Below are positions 1 through 24,924 of a stretch of 64,000 nucleotides of DNA, one piece after another. Location of the stretch: NCBI RefSeq assembly GCF_009914755.1, contig NC_060943.1, one strand, 5' to 3'. Every line of letters begins with the position of its first letter. Position 1 is the stretch's first letter. This DNA comes from the human T2T-CHM13v2.0 reference genome, Homo sapiens. The notes below the pieces were generated by a model that saw only the letters and a list, made by a program, of their open reading frames with translations, was not told the DNA's origin and made no database searches. Both the position numbers and the translations under genes were made by a program.

Positions 1-345
1 CCCTCTGTCAGACATAATTCCTCAGTTTAGCCTTCCCACCTCTATACAGTCTGATAACAGACCAGCCTTTATTAGTCAAATCAGCCAAGCAGTTTTTCAG
101 GCTCTTGGTATTCAGTGAAATCTTTATATCCCTTACAGTCCTCCATCTTCAGGAAAAGTAGAACGGACTAAAGGTCTTTTAAAAACACACCTCACCAAGC
201 TCAGCCACCAACTTAAAAAGGACGGACAATACTTTTACCACTTTCCCTTCTCAGAAGTCAGACCTGTCCTCAGAATGCTACAGGGTACAGCCCATTTGAG
301 CTCCTGTATAGATGCTCCTTTTTCTTCACATGGACGCCCATGAAA
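1..345 (+). mobile_element. HERV-H remnant: degenerate pol integrase fused to the last ~23 bp of an LTR7-type LTR
   Basis: Frame 2 reads DIIPQFSLPTSIQSDNRPAFISQISQAVFQALGIQ*NLYIPYSPPSSGKVERTKGLLKTHLTKLSHQLKKD (integrase core with SDN and KVER), followed by tcttcacatggacgcccatgaaa, which resembles the HERV-H LTR terminus. Confidence 0.8.
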
Positions 346-446
346 CCCGGGAGGTGGAGCTTGCAGTGAGCCGAAACCGCGCCACTGCACTCCGGCCTGG
401 GTGACAGAGCAAGACTCCATCTCAAAAAAAAAAAAAAAAAAAAAAA
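346..446 (+). mobile_element. Alu 3' fragment with poly(A) tail
   Basis: cccgggaggtggagcttgcagtgagccga...ctcaaaa. Confidence 0.9.
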
Positions 447-1197
<751 letters not shown>

Positions 1198-1199
1198 CA

Positions 1200-1350
1200 C
1201 TTCCTTCCTTTTTATGGCTGAATCATATTCATTGTATGAATAGACAACATGTTGTGTTTATCCATTCATTTGTTGGTGGACACTTGAGTTGTTTCCACCT
1301 TTTGGCTATTGTGAATAGCGCTATTCTGAACACGTCCAAGGGTTTGTTTG
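1200..1350 (-). mobile_element. Old L1M 3' fragment
   Basis: tttatccattcat..tggacacttgagttgtttccaccttttggctattgtgaatag motif typical of antisense L1M 3' ends. Confidence 0.65.
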
Positions 1351-1364
1351 AATATATCCGCTTG

Positions 1365-1521
1365 ATTTTCTAAATAAAGTTTTATTGGCATGCAGTCACG
1401 CCCATCATTTGCATGTTGTCAAGGTTACAATGGCCGAGTTGGTTGCAACAGAGACAGCATAGTACACACAGCAAATCTATTTACTAGCTCGCCCTTTACA
1501 GAAAATTTTGTTGACCCCTGT
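1365..1521. mobile_element. MER58-like hAT DNA transposon fragment
   Basis: taaataaagttttattgg...ttgcaacagagac...ccctttacagaaaa...gacccctg. Confidence 0.65.
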
Positions 1522-2260
1522 ATTGATCATGACCAAAATGAGTCTGGGAATTGGGTTGGGTTGCAGAAACTTTACATTAGGCCTGGATGACCATTCTCCT
1601 CTCCTTCTACCTGTCCAGAACAAAGGGGTTACATTTCCCAGCAAGCAGTCTTGAGCCTCAGTCCCCAAGCCCCATTGGTAACACGATGGGTCCCACACAC
1701 TGAAGGACAAGATCAAAGACTTGAGACCCTTTTGTAGCGAGGGGCAAATAGATCCACATCAGTCACAGTGCGTAGCCTATGCACTTGGGTACAGAAACAG
1801 CTAATGAGCAGGGGCACTCAAGGACCTGCAGGCTGCCTCTGCAGACATCATGCAGACAGCTGCGGTTTGTCCCCTTTTCCCAGCTATATGCTATTCTTTG
1901 AGAAGATACCACACCCCCACGTGCAAGTTTCTCAAAGGAGAAAAGTCCCCCAGGAGCGGGATTGCTGCGTGCTGGATAACTCCTGGTGTAAGCCACTTTC
2001 TGGCCCCACTTTTAGTCCTGCTGTCTGTTACTTGCAACCAAAAGCACTCACTGAACCCACTCCTGGTGGTGGATCCCGCAGCTCCCGTCCTGTCCGCTCA
2101 AATGTAGAAATAACCCCAGACATAAGGAGGGGAATTTCGGAATTTACCGAGGAAACTGGGCTGAATGAGATTCCATTTCTGCTTCCTCGTGGGATGGAGA
2201 CTCAAAACAGAAATTAAATTCAGCTGTTGGAAAATGGAGTTTCATTCCTCACACATCTGA

Positions 2261-3470
<1,210 letters not shown>

Positions 3471-3597
3471 CTACTGAGTCTGCGCCTACCTAGTAGGTGC
3501 TAATCGTACGTGAGGTTTTTGTTTTTGTTTTTTTGCTGATAAAGGAATGCAAGGAGGAGGCAACCACGTGTCCAAGGCTGTGTGTGGTTTTTCTTTT

Positions 3598-3603
3598 TTT
3601 AAT
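3598..3603 (-). terminator. Polyadenylation signal ATTAAA
   Basis: tttaat on the + strand, at the end of the U-rich distal UTR and just before Alu/MIR-rich intergenic DNA. Confidence 0.7.
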
Positions 3604-6032
3604 GTCTGCTGTTAATAAAATATTTTTACAGAGACCAAAAAGTCAGAATAGTGCAAAACATCTCAACACCATGCATTCATGACCACTTCTCGTTTGTGTT
3701 AAACATTTGTTCCAAGTCACATATTTACAGAGAAATGAAGGCGTCTGTGCAGACACTGGACCGACGGGGTAGAATCAAAACAAAACAAAAAACAAACAAC
3801 GTTTTGATTTCACATCTGCAATCACATGCTAAGAGTTGTGTGGAGGGGAAGCCTCCCCGGACTGCTTGGCCGGTTTGTGGGGGTCTGAGGGAGCACGAGA
3901 CAGGGGTGGACAGGGGTCAAGTCCCCCTGGCTGTGTGGTTGGGGATGATCAGGGGACCCTCCGCCTGTGACCTGTGTCTCCAGAGAGCCACTATGGCTGG
4001 ACGGGGGTAAGGGGTGGGGTGTTACTTGACACAGTCAACTTGATTTTTCTCTGAAACAATAAAAGGCAAAGAGAAAAGCAACACGTGTCAGCAAAGACAA
4101 CTTTGGTCCTCAACGATTCTTAGGAAAGGATTCTGGGGAGCAGACGGGGTTGTGATCCGGGACTAAGGCCCTCCCCCAACTTCCCCAGGGTGGCAGAGTT
4201 CCGGGAGGCCCCAGGTTGTCCCCATCTGCAAAATCGACAGCACATGGGGTAGGGGTAGGGGACAGAAAGGCTCTGAGATCCCAGCCGAGAGAGGTCCCAA
4301 GGATTTCTAGTTGGGTGTTTAGTTTTTTGCATCTCTGATGGGGGCATGGTGAGGTCTCAGGCTCTGGGGCCTGAGAGAGGAATTGGGGGTGTGGACAGGC
4401 ACCTCCTCATTTTATGCAAATCATTCGAGGACAGACTGGTAAGAGTGAACAGATCCTTCTTTCTTCAGGACACCCTCTTTACTTCCCCCGACACTCCCTG
4501 CCTTGGTCTCTGCATTTATCTTTCTCTGTATATTTCCACCTCTATGTCTCTCTCCATCTCTGTCTCTCTCCGTCCTCATCGGGGCGTGATCTCACCCTCT
4601 GTCTCTGTGTTTTCTACTCTATTCCTCTTGGTCAGGGGACTTTGACTCTGAGGCATCCCTCAATGTCACCCCTTTAACCCTTGCCCTGCCACAGGCCAAC
4701 CTTCTTGTGCTGTTTCCCCGATTCATGGAAATGTGGGGCCAGCTCCTTGCATAAAGCGAGGTCCAGGGTTCAGAACCCTGGAGGTGTCATCCAAGGCCGG
4801 GCTCTGTGTCCACTTGCTGGGTGGCGTTGAGGAAAGCCCTGCTCCTCTCTGGGCTTTGTTCTGCCAATACAGGAACTTCCTGATTTCAAAAGGCTTTCAG
4901 CCCCCTGGACTCCTTGTCTTTTCTCTGTCCGTGTCTCAGCCATGTCCACTCTCTGTCCCATGTGTCAGGCTCAGACACCTCCTATGTGCCCAGGTCCGTG
5001 TGGAAGGGGAAGGTTGGTACGGACAGACATGGACAGACATGCATGCGGATGTGTATTCTCACACTGACCCTGCCCCAATACATAATTCCACTAGGCGTAG
5101 ACTCCCTGTCACCCACTTGTGCCCAGCCTGTGCTAGGTAAAGTTGGGGGTCCTGAGAGTCCTCAGACCCCAGTCTGGGAGAAACAGAGCTGGACAGAGAA
5201 ACCCCCAGTCCCATGGCATCAGGCTGGACTGGAGGAGAGACGGTGGCTGGGAAAGTCCTGAGGGGAAGGAAGGAGGGTTTTCTCCAAGAGGGGTTTCCGT
5301 GATGGGTTTTGAAGGACGAATAGGAGTTCTCTGGGGGAAAGAAAAGAGGGTGGAAATTGCAAAAACAGTTCTAGCCTGGGAGTCAGGAAAACTCATTCAA
5401 CAAATATTCCCTGAAGACGCTTGTTTCCTTCACATGCCTGGGCCATTGCTGGGGAACCCTAAACACACACACACACACACGGAGGTCTTGAACAGAAAGA
5501 CTCCTAAGGAATCTTTTGGGAAATAACTTGGCTCTCTCAGGCAGCTCGACTTCCCCATTTCTTTCCAGCCATCCAAAAATCTTCCAGATCACCCTCACCC
5601 CAGGTCACAGATCACTTCCCCTTTGGGCTCTATGGGTTACAACCCTGAATCATCCATCCACCCGACCCCTACCCTCAGCCATGTCATGGTTCGAAATTCA
5701 CATCTGCTCCTCAGTCCATATAACAGTCACATAAGCTTATCCCTGGCTACAACTTCCCAACCCTGTATGAGAATTTGCATTTTAACCTTTGGTTCAGAAC
5801 CTCCAGTTACCTGCACCTGTCTGAATTTAAGGGACATGCAACATCTCCAAGCAAATTAGAAAGTGGCGCCACTTCTTCCAGACACTTGGGCCATTCACAT
5901 GTCGGGAAACCAACGTCACAAACATACAACACTCAATATCTAGGATTTGCACGTGGCCTTCTTAGCAATGCCAAACCCTTGGGCACTGTGCAACTGGGAC
6001 AACTGTACTCAGCAGCCCTGGAGCTCATCTAA

Positions 6033-6332
<300 letters not shown>

Positions 6333-8029
6333 CATGTCCCCACAGCTATAGGTGTCTTTTCAACACAGCCTTCAGAATCTTTCCAAGAATCCATTTCAGT
6401 GTCCCCAAAGCACCTCCACCTCTCCTCACTGGTTTTAGTCTTCACAAAACAGCTTTTGCAGGCTGGAATCCAGTCTCTCCCCAACTTAAAACAGCTCCTG
6501 GAGCTCCCCAACTGTCTTAGAATAAAAGTAAAACTCCTCAGGACTGCGTACGAGGCCCTGCCTGGTCTGATGCTTCTGCAGATCTCCCCAACCCCAAGGC
6601 TCCTCACGATCCCCCTTGCTGGCTCAGCTCCAGCCGTGCCACCCTTCTCGTTGTTTCAACAGTTCTTCTCTCCTGGCCTTCGCACGTGCTGTTCCCCAGG
6701 CCTGGAGCTCTTTTCTCTCTAGTAAGTGGTTCCCTCTCATTCTTCACCTCGGAAAGCCTCCCCATCTGATGTTCTATCCTCCAGAAACCCAGCTACTCAG
6801 CTCACCCCGTTTTCATTTCTCCCTAGCACAGCAAAATCTTGTCCTTCCCAATCCAGCAGAAAAAGGCGTGCCATACACACATGTGGAAAAGCAGATCCCA
6901 GAGCAAGTGTAGTCCACGCTGAACTTTCCCCTAAGGTCCTATGTGCACCAGGTAACTCCAGCCAGGTCACTGTAACTTTGCTCATTGGAGAAAGAGCTTC
7001 CAGCTGGCAAGAGGGCCATCTGAGGTATCCTGTGGCTTGGGTGTTTGAATCAATGAATAGGCTCTTGGAGACTAAGCTCTCACTGTGTCACTGTGTTTGT
7101 GTTTCTCTCTCTCTCATTCTCTTTCTCTCATTCTCTTTCTCCCCCCTAGAGTTTCTGGTCTCCTTCTGTTCTTTCCTATTTGGAAAATTCTGGAAAAGGA
7201 AGAAGGGATGGAGAAACCTGGGACCAGGGGATCCCAAATTCTCTTTTGTGGTGGGAGGCCCTCATGGCATCCCCCATGGAGATCCCAGGAGAAAGGGCTG
7301 AGGGCAAAGGTCCTGCTTGGCAGCCGGAGAAGGAAAGGCGAAGTAGGGGTCTTGGCCTGGAATTCCCACCCCTTGGAGGAGGCCGAGGGGGAATTAGCAG
7401 CAATAGGGAGCTGTGTCAGGTCATCCCGATCTCAGCCCACCCTTCCATGGGGCACACAGGCCTAAGGGAGGGGCACAGAGGGTATGGCACCTGGAACCTT
7501 GGCCAAGTCTCAAGCAGCTCTTTAAGCCTCAGTTTTGCCATCTGTCAAATGGGTGTGTTGAACTCTATGATATGAGGACTGGGTTTGTTGGGGGAGAGGG
7601 AGAGGCAAACTCCCAAAGGGAAGTAGGGGCAGCGTGGGGAACCAGAGCCGTCCCCTCGGCCCCCAGGGTTTGGGCGCCCAAGGGCGCATGTGCTTTTGAA
7701 ATCCCATCCTCCCCCCTCCCCCCATTTATTTTTTGCACAAATATCTAAAGGGACTCCGGTATTCCGGGGCCCTCCAACCAGCATCCTGGTCCCTCCAGTC
7801 CCCAGGCCACCTAGAGGGGCGCTCCAGAGAGCCCTACCCCTTGCCCAGGGCCCCCCCTCGAGGGAGCTGAGATTTCCATACTTGGCAATTGGTCTGGGGT
7901 CCCAGGGGTCTGGGTCCCATCTTATGGCTTTTCCAGGGGACATGAGGTGGTGCCTCCCGGTACCAGAGCCCCGGGATGTGGCCTCCTCCATAGGGACGAG
8001 GTTTCCCCCATCCCAGCTCAAAATGCCCC

Positions 8030-8970
<941 letters not shown>

Positions 8971-9449
8971 CCCCTAATGTCCCACCCAGAAGCTCTTTAA
9001 CCAGGCTCTCCTCTAGACCCACGACGTGGCCCTTTCCCCAGCCCCCCACACCCCCAGCCCACCCCTCTTACTTCCAAGATGCCCTCCAGACATGAGCCTG
9101 CCCTGGTGCCTCACCATGGGTGACACCGCCTCCCGCATGCCCCTCACCTGTGCTCCTGCCCCTAAGCAGTCCCAGTGACCTGCCCTGACGCCAGCTGGAT
9201 AAGAGCCCCTCCTACAGGGTCACGCCCAGCTTCTCCCTCTTGTCCACCTCCCAGGTTGTACCTCTATCCCTGAAGTACTCCGGCCCACCCTGGCTGACAT
9301 CTGACCTCCCACTAGACCATGCTTCTCCTCCTGAGTATCCCCTAAAGGGGCCAATCGCCCCAAAACCTTCTGACCAAGAGCCCTGTGCTGACACGACATG
9401 GAACTGGCTTCAATCTTGTCCCATAAGAGCTCCCAGGCCCCCTAGATAA

Positions 9450-11579
<2,130 letters not shown>

Positions 11580-12181
11580 TAGGCCCACTCCCAACTCCAA
11601 GAACCTCCATCCAATGTGACCCCACCTCCACCCCACGTGACACCCACCCTCAAGCCTGGGATCCATCTACAATCCATTCCTGTCCCCAGAGCCGACTCCT
11701 CCAGATGGGCTGCCCCAACGGTCCTGACAAGGCTCAATGTAGACTCCAGTAGTCCCCACCCCCATGCAACCTCAGTCCTGTCCCCAGGTCCCTCAGCCCC
11801 CCGCTCATAAGCGTCATCACTGCCACCCTCATTCCTTCACCAGACAGAGTCTCCAGCCCCAGCAATGGCCCTGCCCACCATGCACTTCCTGCCCAGACTT
11901 TCCCTCCCCTCTGCAAGTCTTCATCATGAAGTTACCCCACTCTACTCATTGCCTCCCCTTGGATCTGCCAGCCCCCAAAGGTGACCTCCATCCTCGTGTC
12001 CCCTCCCTGATGTCATTCCTGCACTACTAAGGGGTCTCCCTTTCCAGCACCCCCACCTAGAATGTGGCCCCTCCCATTCCCGGGCCCAGATTCCAGATAC
12101 CTCCTGCCTAGCTGGCTTTGGGGTTCACCTGGCGGATGCCCCCTCCCTTGCCCCCATGCTCTTCAAAGCATCCCAAACTCA

Positions 12182-18230
<6,049 letters not shown>

Positions 18231-18650
18231 TAACAATAATCCTATGAAGTAGGGTCCTTGACTGTCCCCATTTTACAGATGAGAAAACTGAGGCTCAGGG
18301 AGACAGATTCTTGCCCAAGGTGCCTACCCGTGGAGTGGCTGGGCTGGAATCAGAGCCCAGCTCTTAACCTGACAGGTGCCTGTCCCGGGGTCCCAGGATC
18401 TGGCTTAAAAAATATGTCATATCAGGAGAAATGGATTCTGGGATTCCCACTGGAATCGCTTCTTCCCCATGTAGAACCAGCAAATCGTCCTTCCCCCTCA
18501 CCCGCCTGGGCCCTCCAAGCCGCTCAGGCCTGGGCGGCGGCCCTGCAGGCCCTTGAGGCAGAAGGACGATCCTTTTACTAGCCGGGGCCAGGAGGGGCGC
18601 AGGCACCGGGCACCAGGCGCGGGCGGCGGGCGGGAGGCGGAGGCACGTAC

Positions 18651-18707
18651 CCTTCTCAGGATAAATGTCTTCACTAAGGGTAAACCTAGTACCTTTTCCA
18701 CCATGGA
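18651..18707 (-). CDS. UNC13A: Alternative 57-nt cassette exon between exons 41 and 42 (VHGGKGTRFTLSEDIYPEK)
   Basis: aattag|TCCATG ... AAGG|gtacgt; phase 1-1 with no stop; resembles the rodent Munc13-1 insert VHGGKGTRFTLSEDVCPEM (recalled). Confidence 0.85.
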
Positions 18708-19309
18708 CTAATTGGGGGTGGGGGTGGAAGGGGGAGAGAGGTGGGAAGCATGGGGAGCGGGGAGAGACGAGCCAGTGAGAGGTGAGGATGGAGGAGTGTG
18801 TGTGGAGGGGGCAGGGGAGGCGCGGAGAGGGGACGGCGAGTGAGAGGGAGGAAAAACAAGAGAGAGAGAAACGTCAGCTGCAGACAGACGGAGAGACAGA
18901 CAGCCTCCTGCTCCAGGGACACCAGGGACACTAAAAGCAGCCAGGACTGGAAGGGAAGCTGAGCTCAGAGACCCAGCGCCCACGGAGGGCCCTTGGGCTG
19001 GCTGGATCGGGGGAGAAGGGGGCCGTTGGAGGCCACAGGGCTTTGCTCCCCTCGCCCCAGGCTGGGTGTCGATGGCGATTCTCCCTCCCCCTCCTGAGTT
19101 CAAGCCGCCAAACTTCTTCCCCTTGTCGGGACCAATTTTGAAAAGGGGGGGTCCCCAGGGAATCCTGCCCTCCATCCAGCCCCAGCTGCCGTGTGTGTGC
19201 GCTCAGAGAGGGACAGGAGACCGAAGCAAAAGACAGAGAGAAAGAGAGAGTTTGAGAAATGGGAACTCCCTCTCCGTCCACCCTCCCCCACCAAGTCGAG
19301 GTCCCTCCC

Positions 19310-20143
<834 letters not shown>

Positions 20144-20624
20144 TCATAGGGCTGGGTAGCCCTGCTGTCCCCACTCCCAATTCTTCCCGCTACTACTTTC
20201 TCACCTCTTCCTTTGCTTTGCCTAGTGAACTCCTATGCATTCCTCAGAACCCACCTCTCACATGCCGTCTTCCAGGAAGGCCTGGCTTCTCCCACCTTGG
20301 GCTCGCCCAGCCCCCATCCTTCCCTCTACCCTTCTACACCTCAAGAAATGCCTGGCACGAGGTCCTTTACATCCTTCCCTCTACACCTTCTCACTCTTTG
20401 GGCTCCCCCAGCCCACATCCTTCCCTCTACCCCAAGCCTAATCCTACAAGGCTGAGAATGTCTGTATCCAGCAGTCTTCCCCGACCTGGGGCTCCTTAAG
20501 GCTCCAGCATTAGCCAGCCCAGCTCTGGCACAGACAGGGGAACGAGGGAGTGTCCATAAATTGAACAAATTAATGTGGGTCCGAGGCGAGCCTAAGTCCA
20601 TGACCACAGCAGCCACACCCTCTA

Positions 20625-20804
<180 letters not shown>

Positions 20805-21148
20805 CTATGGGTCTCATCCCTGTTCAACTTGGAGGAGCTGGGCTGAGGGTCTATGTTTTCATCATCCCAGCACCCAATATGTGACTGGTACACAGCAGGT
20901 GCTCAAAAAATATTGGTTGAATAAATGACTTGCCCTCTTGATCAAGCTGTACCTGAAGCTGAACCATTCACATCTTTCTGACACACTGGGGAGCAAATAT
21001 CTTGTGCTTCAGTGAGTAGAGTTTCTGTCCTTTGAGCCTGTAATGCATGTCATCATCCTGGGACCCCTCCCCCAGGATGGTGGCAACCTGGAAGCCACAT
21101 GAGTTTGGGGGGCAGTCCCTCACGCCATAATCTATCCCCACTCCTCAC

Positions 21149-21205
21149 CTTGAGTTTGGACAGCTGACCCAGCTCCTTGGCTGCATTGAAGATCATCTGG
21201 GTTCC
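21149..21205 (-). CDS. UNC13A: UNC13A exon 39 (GTQMIFNAAKELGQLSKLK), 57 nt
   Basis: ctgcag|GGAACC ... AAG|gtgagg. Confidence 0.95.
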
Positions 21206-21648
21206 CTGCAGGTAACAACATACAGCTGGGTGAGGGCAGGGGTGCTACAGCTGACACTCCAGCCCCAGAGACCATCTTGGTTCTTGCCCAAAGGCTCTGG
21301 GCAGGGCAATAATTGTGTCCCAGGGACAGAGGTCTGGAATTCCCCAGGAAGAACTGAGGAGGATGTGGTGACCTTGTCCCTGAAAATCCCGGTCCTGTGA
21401 GGATAGTCCCCCACCCTCTCAGCCCCACCCAGGCTTGTGTAACAGGAGAAACAGACAGGGACCAGACTGTGAGGGGCAGTGGGTTGGGGGAGCCTCAGAC
21501 GGTGGTGTTTGTGGGTGTGGGCAGGGTTTCCAGGGAAAGGGAGCTTTGGGAACACAATAGGCTAGGCTGAGGTTGCAGAAAATGGCTCTGGTCAAACACT
21601 TCCTCCTCCTCAAGGAGCATCCCCTCTGCAGGGAAATTTCCCCTGTAA

Positions 21649-21843
<195 letters not shown>

Positions 21844-22935
21844 TGAAATTTTTTTCATAGAGATGGGGTCTTGTTGTGTTGTCCAGGCTGGTCTTGAATT
21901 CCTGGGCTCAATCGATCCTCCTACCTCAGCCTCCCAAAGTGCTGGGATTACAGGCGTGAGCCACATTGCCAGCCAGTCTGACCTTTTAAAGGAAAAATCC
22001 TCCCTCTATACAAACACCTCCATATCCGTCCTCCACCCCACCCCCAAACAGACACTAGCAAGATGGTGATGTGGTGATGGCTCTGACAAGCCAGATGGGC
22101 CTGGGTTCAAATTGCAGTCCTGCTGTGTGGCCCTGGGCAAGGCACTTAACCTCTCTGAGCCTCAGTTTTCCCATCTAGATGAGGAAAATTATATCCACTT
22201 TGTGGCTTAGTCTGGACTGAACAAGTCTTTGCTCAGTGTTCGCTAATTATCACTTGGTCTCAAAGTCACGGGCAATGCTAAGGGAGACGGGGTCCCAGCC
22301 TGGAAGGCATGTGTCTAGCCTCCTCTGTCACTGCTGGATGGCCCCAGGCTTGTCCCTGAATGCTCTGAGCCTCAATTCCCACTGTGGCTAACAGGGATAC
22401 CCATGGTAACTTGGGGGACAGGGTGGGGCTGAGTATTGAGGTAACAAGTCTTGTCTTACTGGGTCCTGGGGTGGTCTGGGGGTCCTGGGTGAGGCTAGGT
22501 GGGGAGGGGGCCCATTTACTGTGGAAATATTTGGAATTATGTTCATAGTCTACCAGCTGGCCATCTGGTCATTCCTAGAGGTATTACTATTATCATCTTG
22601 GCTGTTACTATTCTTATTTCTTGTCTGTGATCCTGAGGTTCTTACAAGGCACAGTTACTCAGGGGTCCAGCGGACTGGGCCTCAGTTTCCCCTGCTGCAC
22701 CCACCTGTAGTCTGGCAGGGCTCAGGGGCCTTCCTGGGTACCCTCTGCCCTACCCACCAACCCCCCACCCACCACCCCCCACGAGCAAGCCAGACAGACA
22801 AAGGAAGAAGAGACCAACAGACAGGTTCACAGTACGCCCTCGGACGGCACGAACCACAGAGGTGGAAGGGGGCACAGGGGTGGGGTGGGGGGGAGTGGGA
22901 TGGGAGCCAGACAGACAGTGAGAGGCCGGTCTTAC

Positions 22936-22965
22936 GTCTGAGTGGCTTGGCAATTTCACCCTGCC
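22936..22965 (-). CDS. UNC13A: UNC13A exon 38 (GRVKLPSHSD), 30 nt
   Basis: ccacag|GGCAGG ... GAC|gtaaga. Confidence 0.92.
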
Positions 22966-24074
22966 CTGTGGAGAGAATCAGGTGGAGGTCAGAGTTCTGG
23001 TGACTGTTGGGAGGATACTCAGTGGGACTTCCCTGCCCCCTCAAAGCACAGTCTCACTTCCCAGCCCAGGAGCTCCTCCCCAGGTCCTGGGTCTAATGGT
23101 GGGCCCCCTCCCCAGCTAGCACCTCCTCTGGTCCCCTAGCAGGGGTTTAGAGGTCAGACTCCTTGACTGCCAGCACACTCTCGGGGTACCCAGGAGGCTG
23201 GAAGCAGCCTCATCCCACAGTCAGCCTGCCCCAGGATGGGGCACCTGGGGAGGTGGGGAGATGAGACAGGGCTAGGAATCTGTCTCCTCCTCCATTCCCT
23301 AAGGGGCTGCCCCTATATCCCAGCACCCAAGTCTACAAAAAACATATTAACATATACTGTAAGTTCACTCAGTGCTGAAGAACCCATACACTAAACTACA
23401 TACGTGCACTCCTAAACACTTGCAGGCACGTACACAATTATATCACACACAAAAACCCACACACCCTTCTTGACCCCACACGGATTCACATCCACATATA
23501 GGGTGCCTGGGACACTGAATGTGCCCCGCAAAGGGCTGGCAGAGAGAGTACGGAACCCCTGTGACCCACATTCACAAAGCTAAGACTCCATTTGTAGACA
23601 CAAATGTACAACGATATCTTCTGCACAAGTGTACAGCAAGACAGCTGCTTGCGTGTTGCTGTAGCTCCCATCTCCTTAACAACAAACACCCATTAGCACA
23701 GCAACAAAAAGAAATCTACGTAAAAAACAACACGTCTCAGTCCAGGGTGGTGATCTAGCGTGTAGGCTCCTCAAGAAGGCACAGAATTTCAGCTGAGCCC
23801 AGGGCTCAGATGAGCCCTGTGGGTATTGCTGTGGGAGGATGGGAGCTGTTTGTGCACACACATTAGTTCACATGTGGACACACACACTGCACGTTCTGTC
23901 CCTGGAGAATCACTTCATCTCTGACTTCTGGTTTTGCAGGACTTGGTTAGGAGAGCTATCTCCTACCCACGACCCCCAGCTGCCCTTCCTGCCCAGGTGC
24001 ACAGACGCACACACATGCACACACATGCCCAGACACTGGAGCTCAGGGCCTCAGTGAGACGAGGCCCTCATTAC

Positions 24075-24113
24075 CTTTTCTAATCCCTTGCCATGTTTTC
24101 TCAAGAGGTTCCC
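24075..24113 (-). CDS. UNC13A: UNC13A exon 37 (GNLLRKHGKGLEK), 39 nt
   Basis: ctgcag|GGGAAC ... AAG|gtaatg. Confidence 0.92.
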
Positions 24114-24894
24114 CTGCAGAGATAATGTCACAGGGTGATCAACCTGGCAAGTCGTGCAGGGTGGGAAGCTGGGATGCTCACAGGAATATTCATGGGGATG
24201 GGGGAATCCACACTGCACAGGGTACTGGTGACTGGGTTGCATGGGGATAGTGTGTTTGTGTGTGTGTCTGTGTGTGTGCACACACGTGCATGCGCTTTAG
24301 TGACTCACTCTTAAATGGTGTGAGAGGCAGAGACAGGAAAGAGAGAGAAAGATACAGATACAGAGCTAAAGAAAGTCAGAAAGAAGGGAAAAAAGCCACT
24401 GCCAAAATATAATCCATTTACATTTACTGTACACATGAGACTCTTGGTTCTTGGGTTAACAGGAAAGCAAATGGGCTGCATATTCAGACAGATCTGAATT
24501 TGAATCCTGATTCTGGCATATATTTACTATATGACCTTGAACAAGTGACTCCTCTCTGAGCCTCAGCTTTCCTCATCTGCAAAATGGGGATAATAATATC
24601 CACCTCACTCAAAGGGTTATCATGAAGGTGAGCTGAAACAGGAGCTATGAGAAGGCCTGGCATATGGGGAGTCATTAAATGCGAATTCCTTTATTCCCCC
24701 TGCCTACAAATGCATTGCCTGTGGTTGGGTATGCTGCCACCAAGTGGTTATAGCCAAAGACCCAGGCTGCAGCTACCAGGAAGTAAGAGCCCTTGTAAAC
24801 TTTTAACAAAGTGAAATCTTGTAACAGCCTTGTCTTGCCCACAAAGGGAAAATCTGAAGTTGTTTTGTCTCTGCTCTTACACATGTCTGCATAT

Positions 24895-24924
24895 CACCAC
24901 CACCACCACCACCACCACCACCAC
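24895..24924 (+). repeat. (CAC)10 trinucleotide repeat
   Basis: Direct count. Confidence 0.9.

Noticed and set aside
2-320. Functional retroviral integrase
   Set aside because: In-frame TGA, a frameshift near 222-230 and truncation
3614-4063. Plus-strand AATAAA hexamers (~3614, ~4058) as the end of an antisense gene
   Set aside because: Expected by chance opposite a U-rich 3' UTR; no plus-strand exon structure seen
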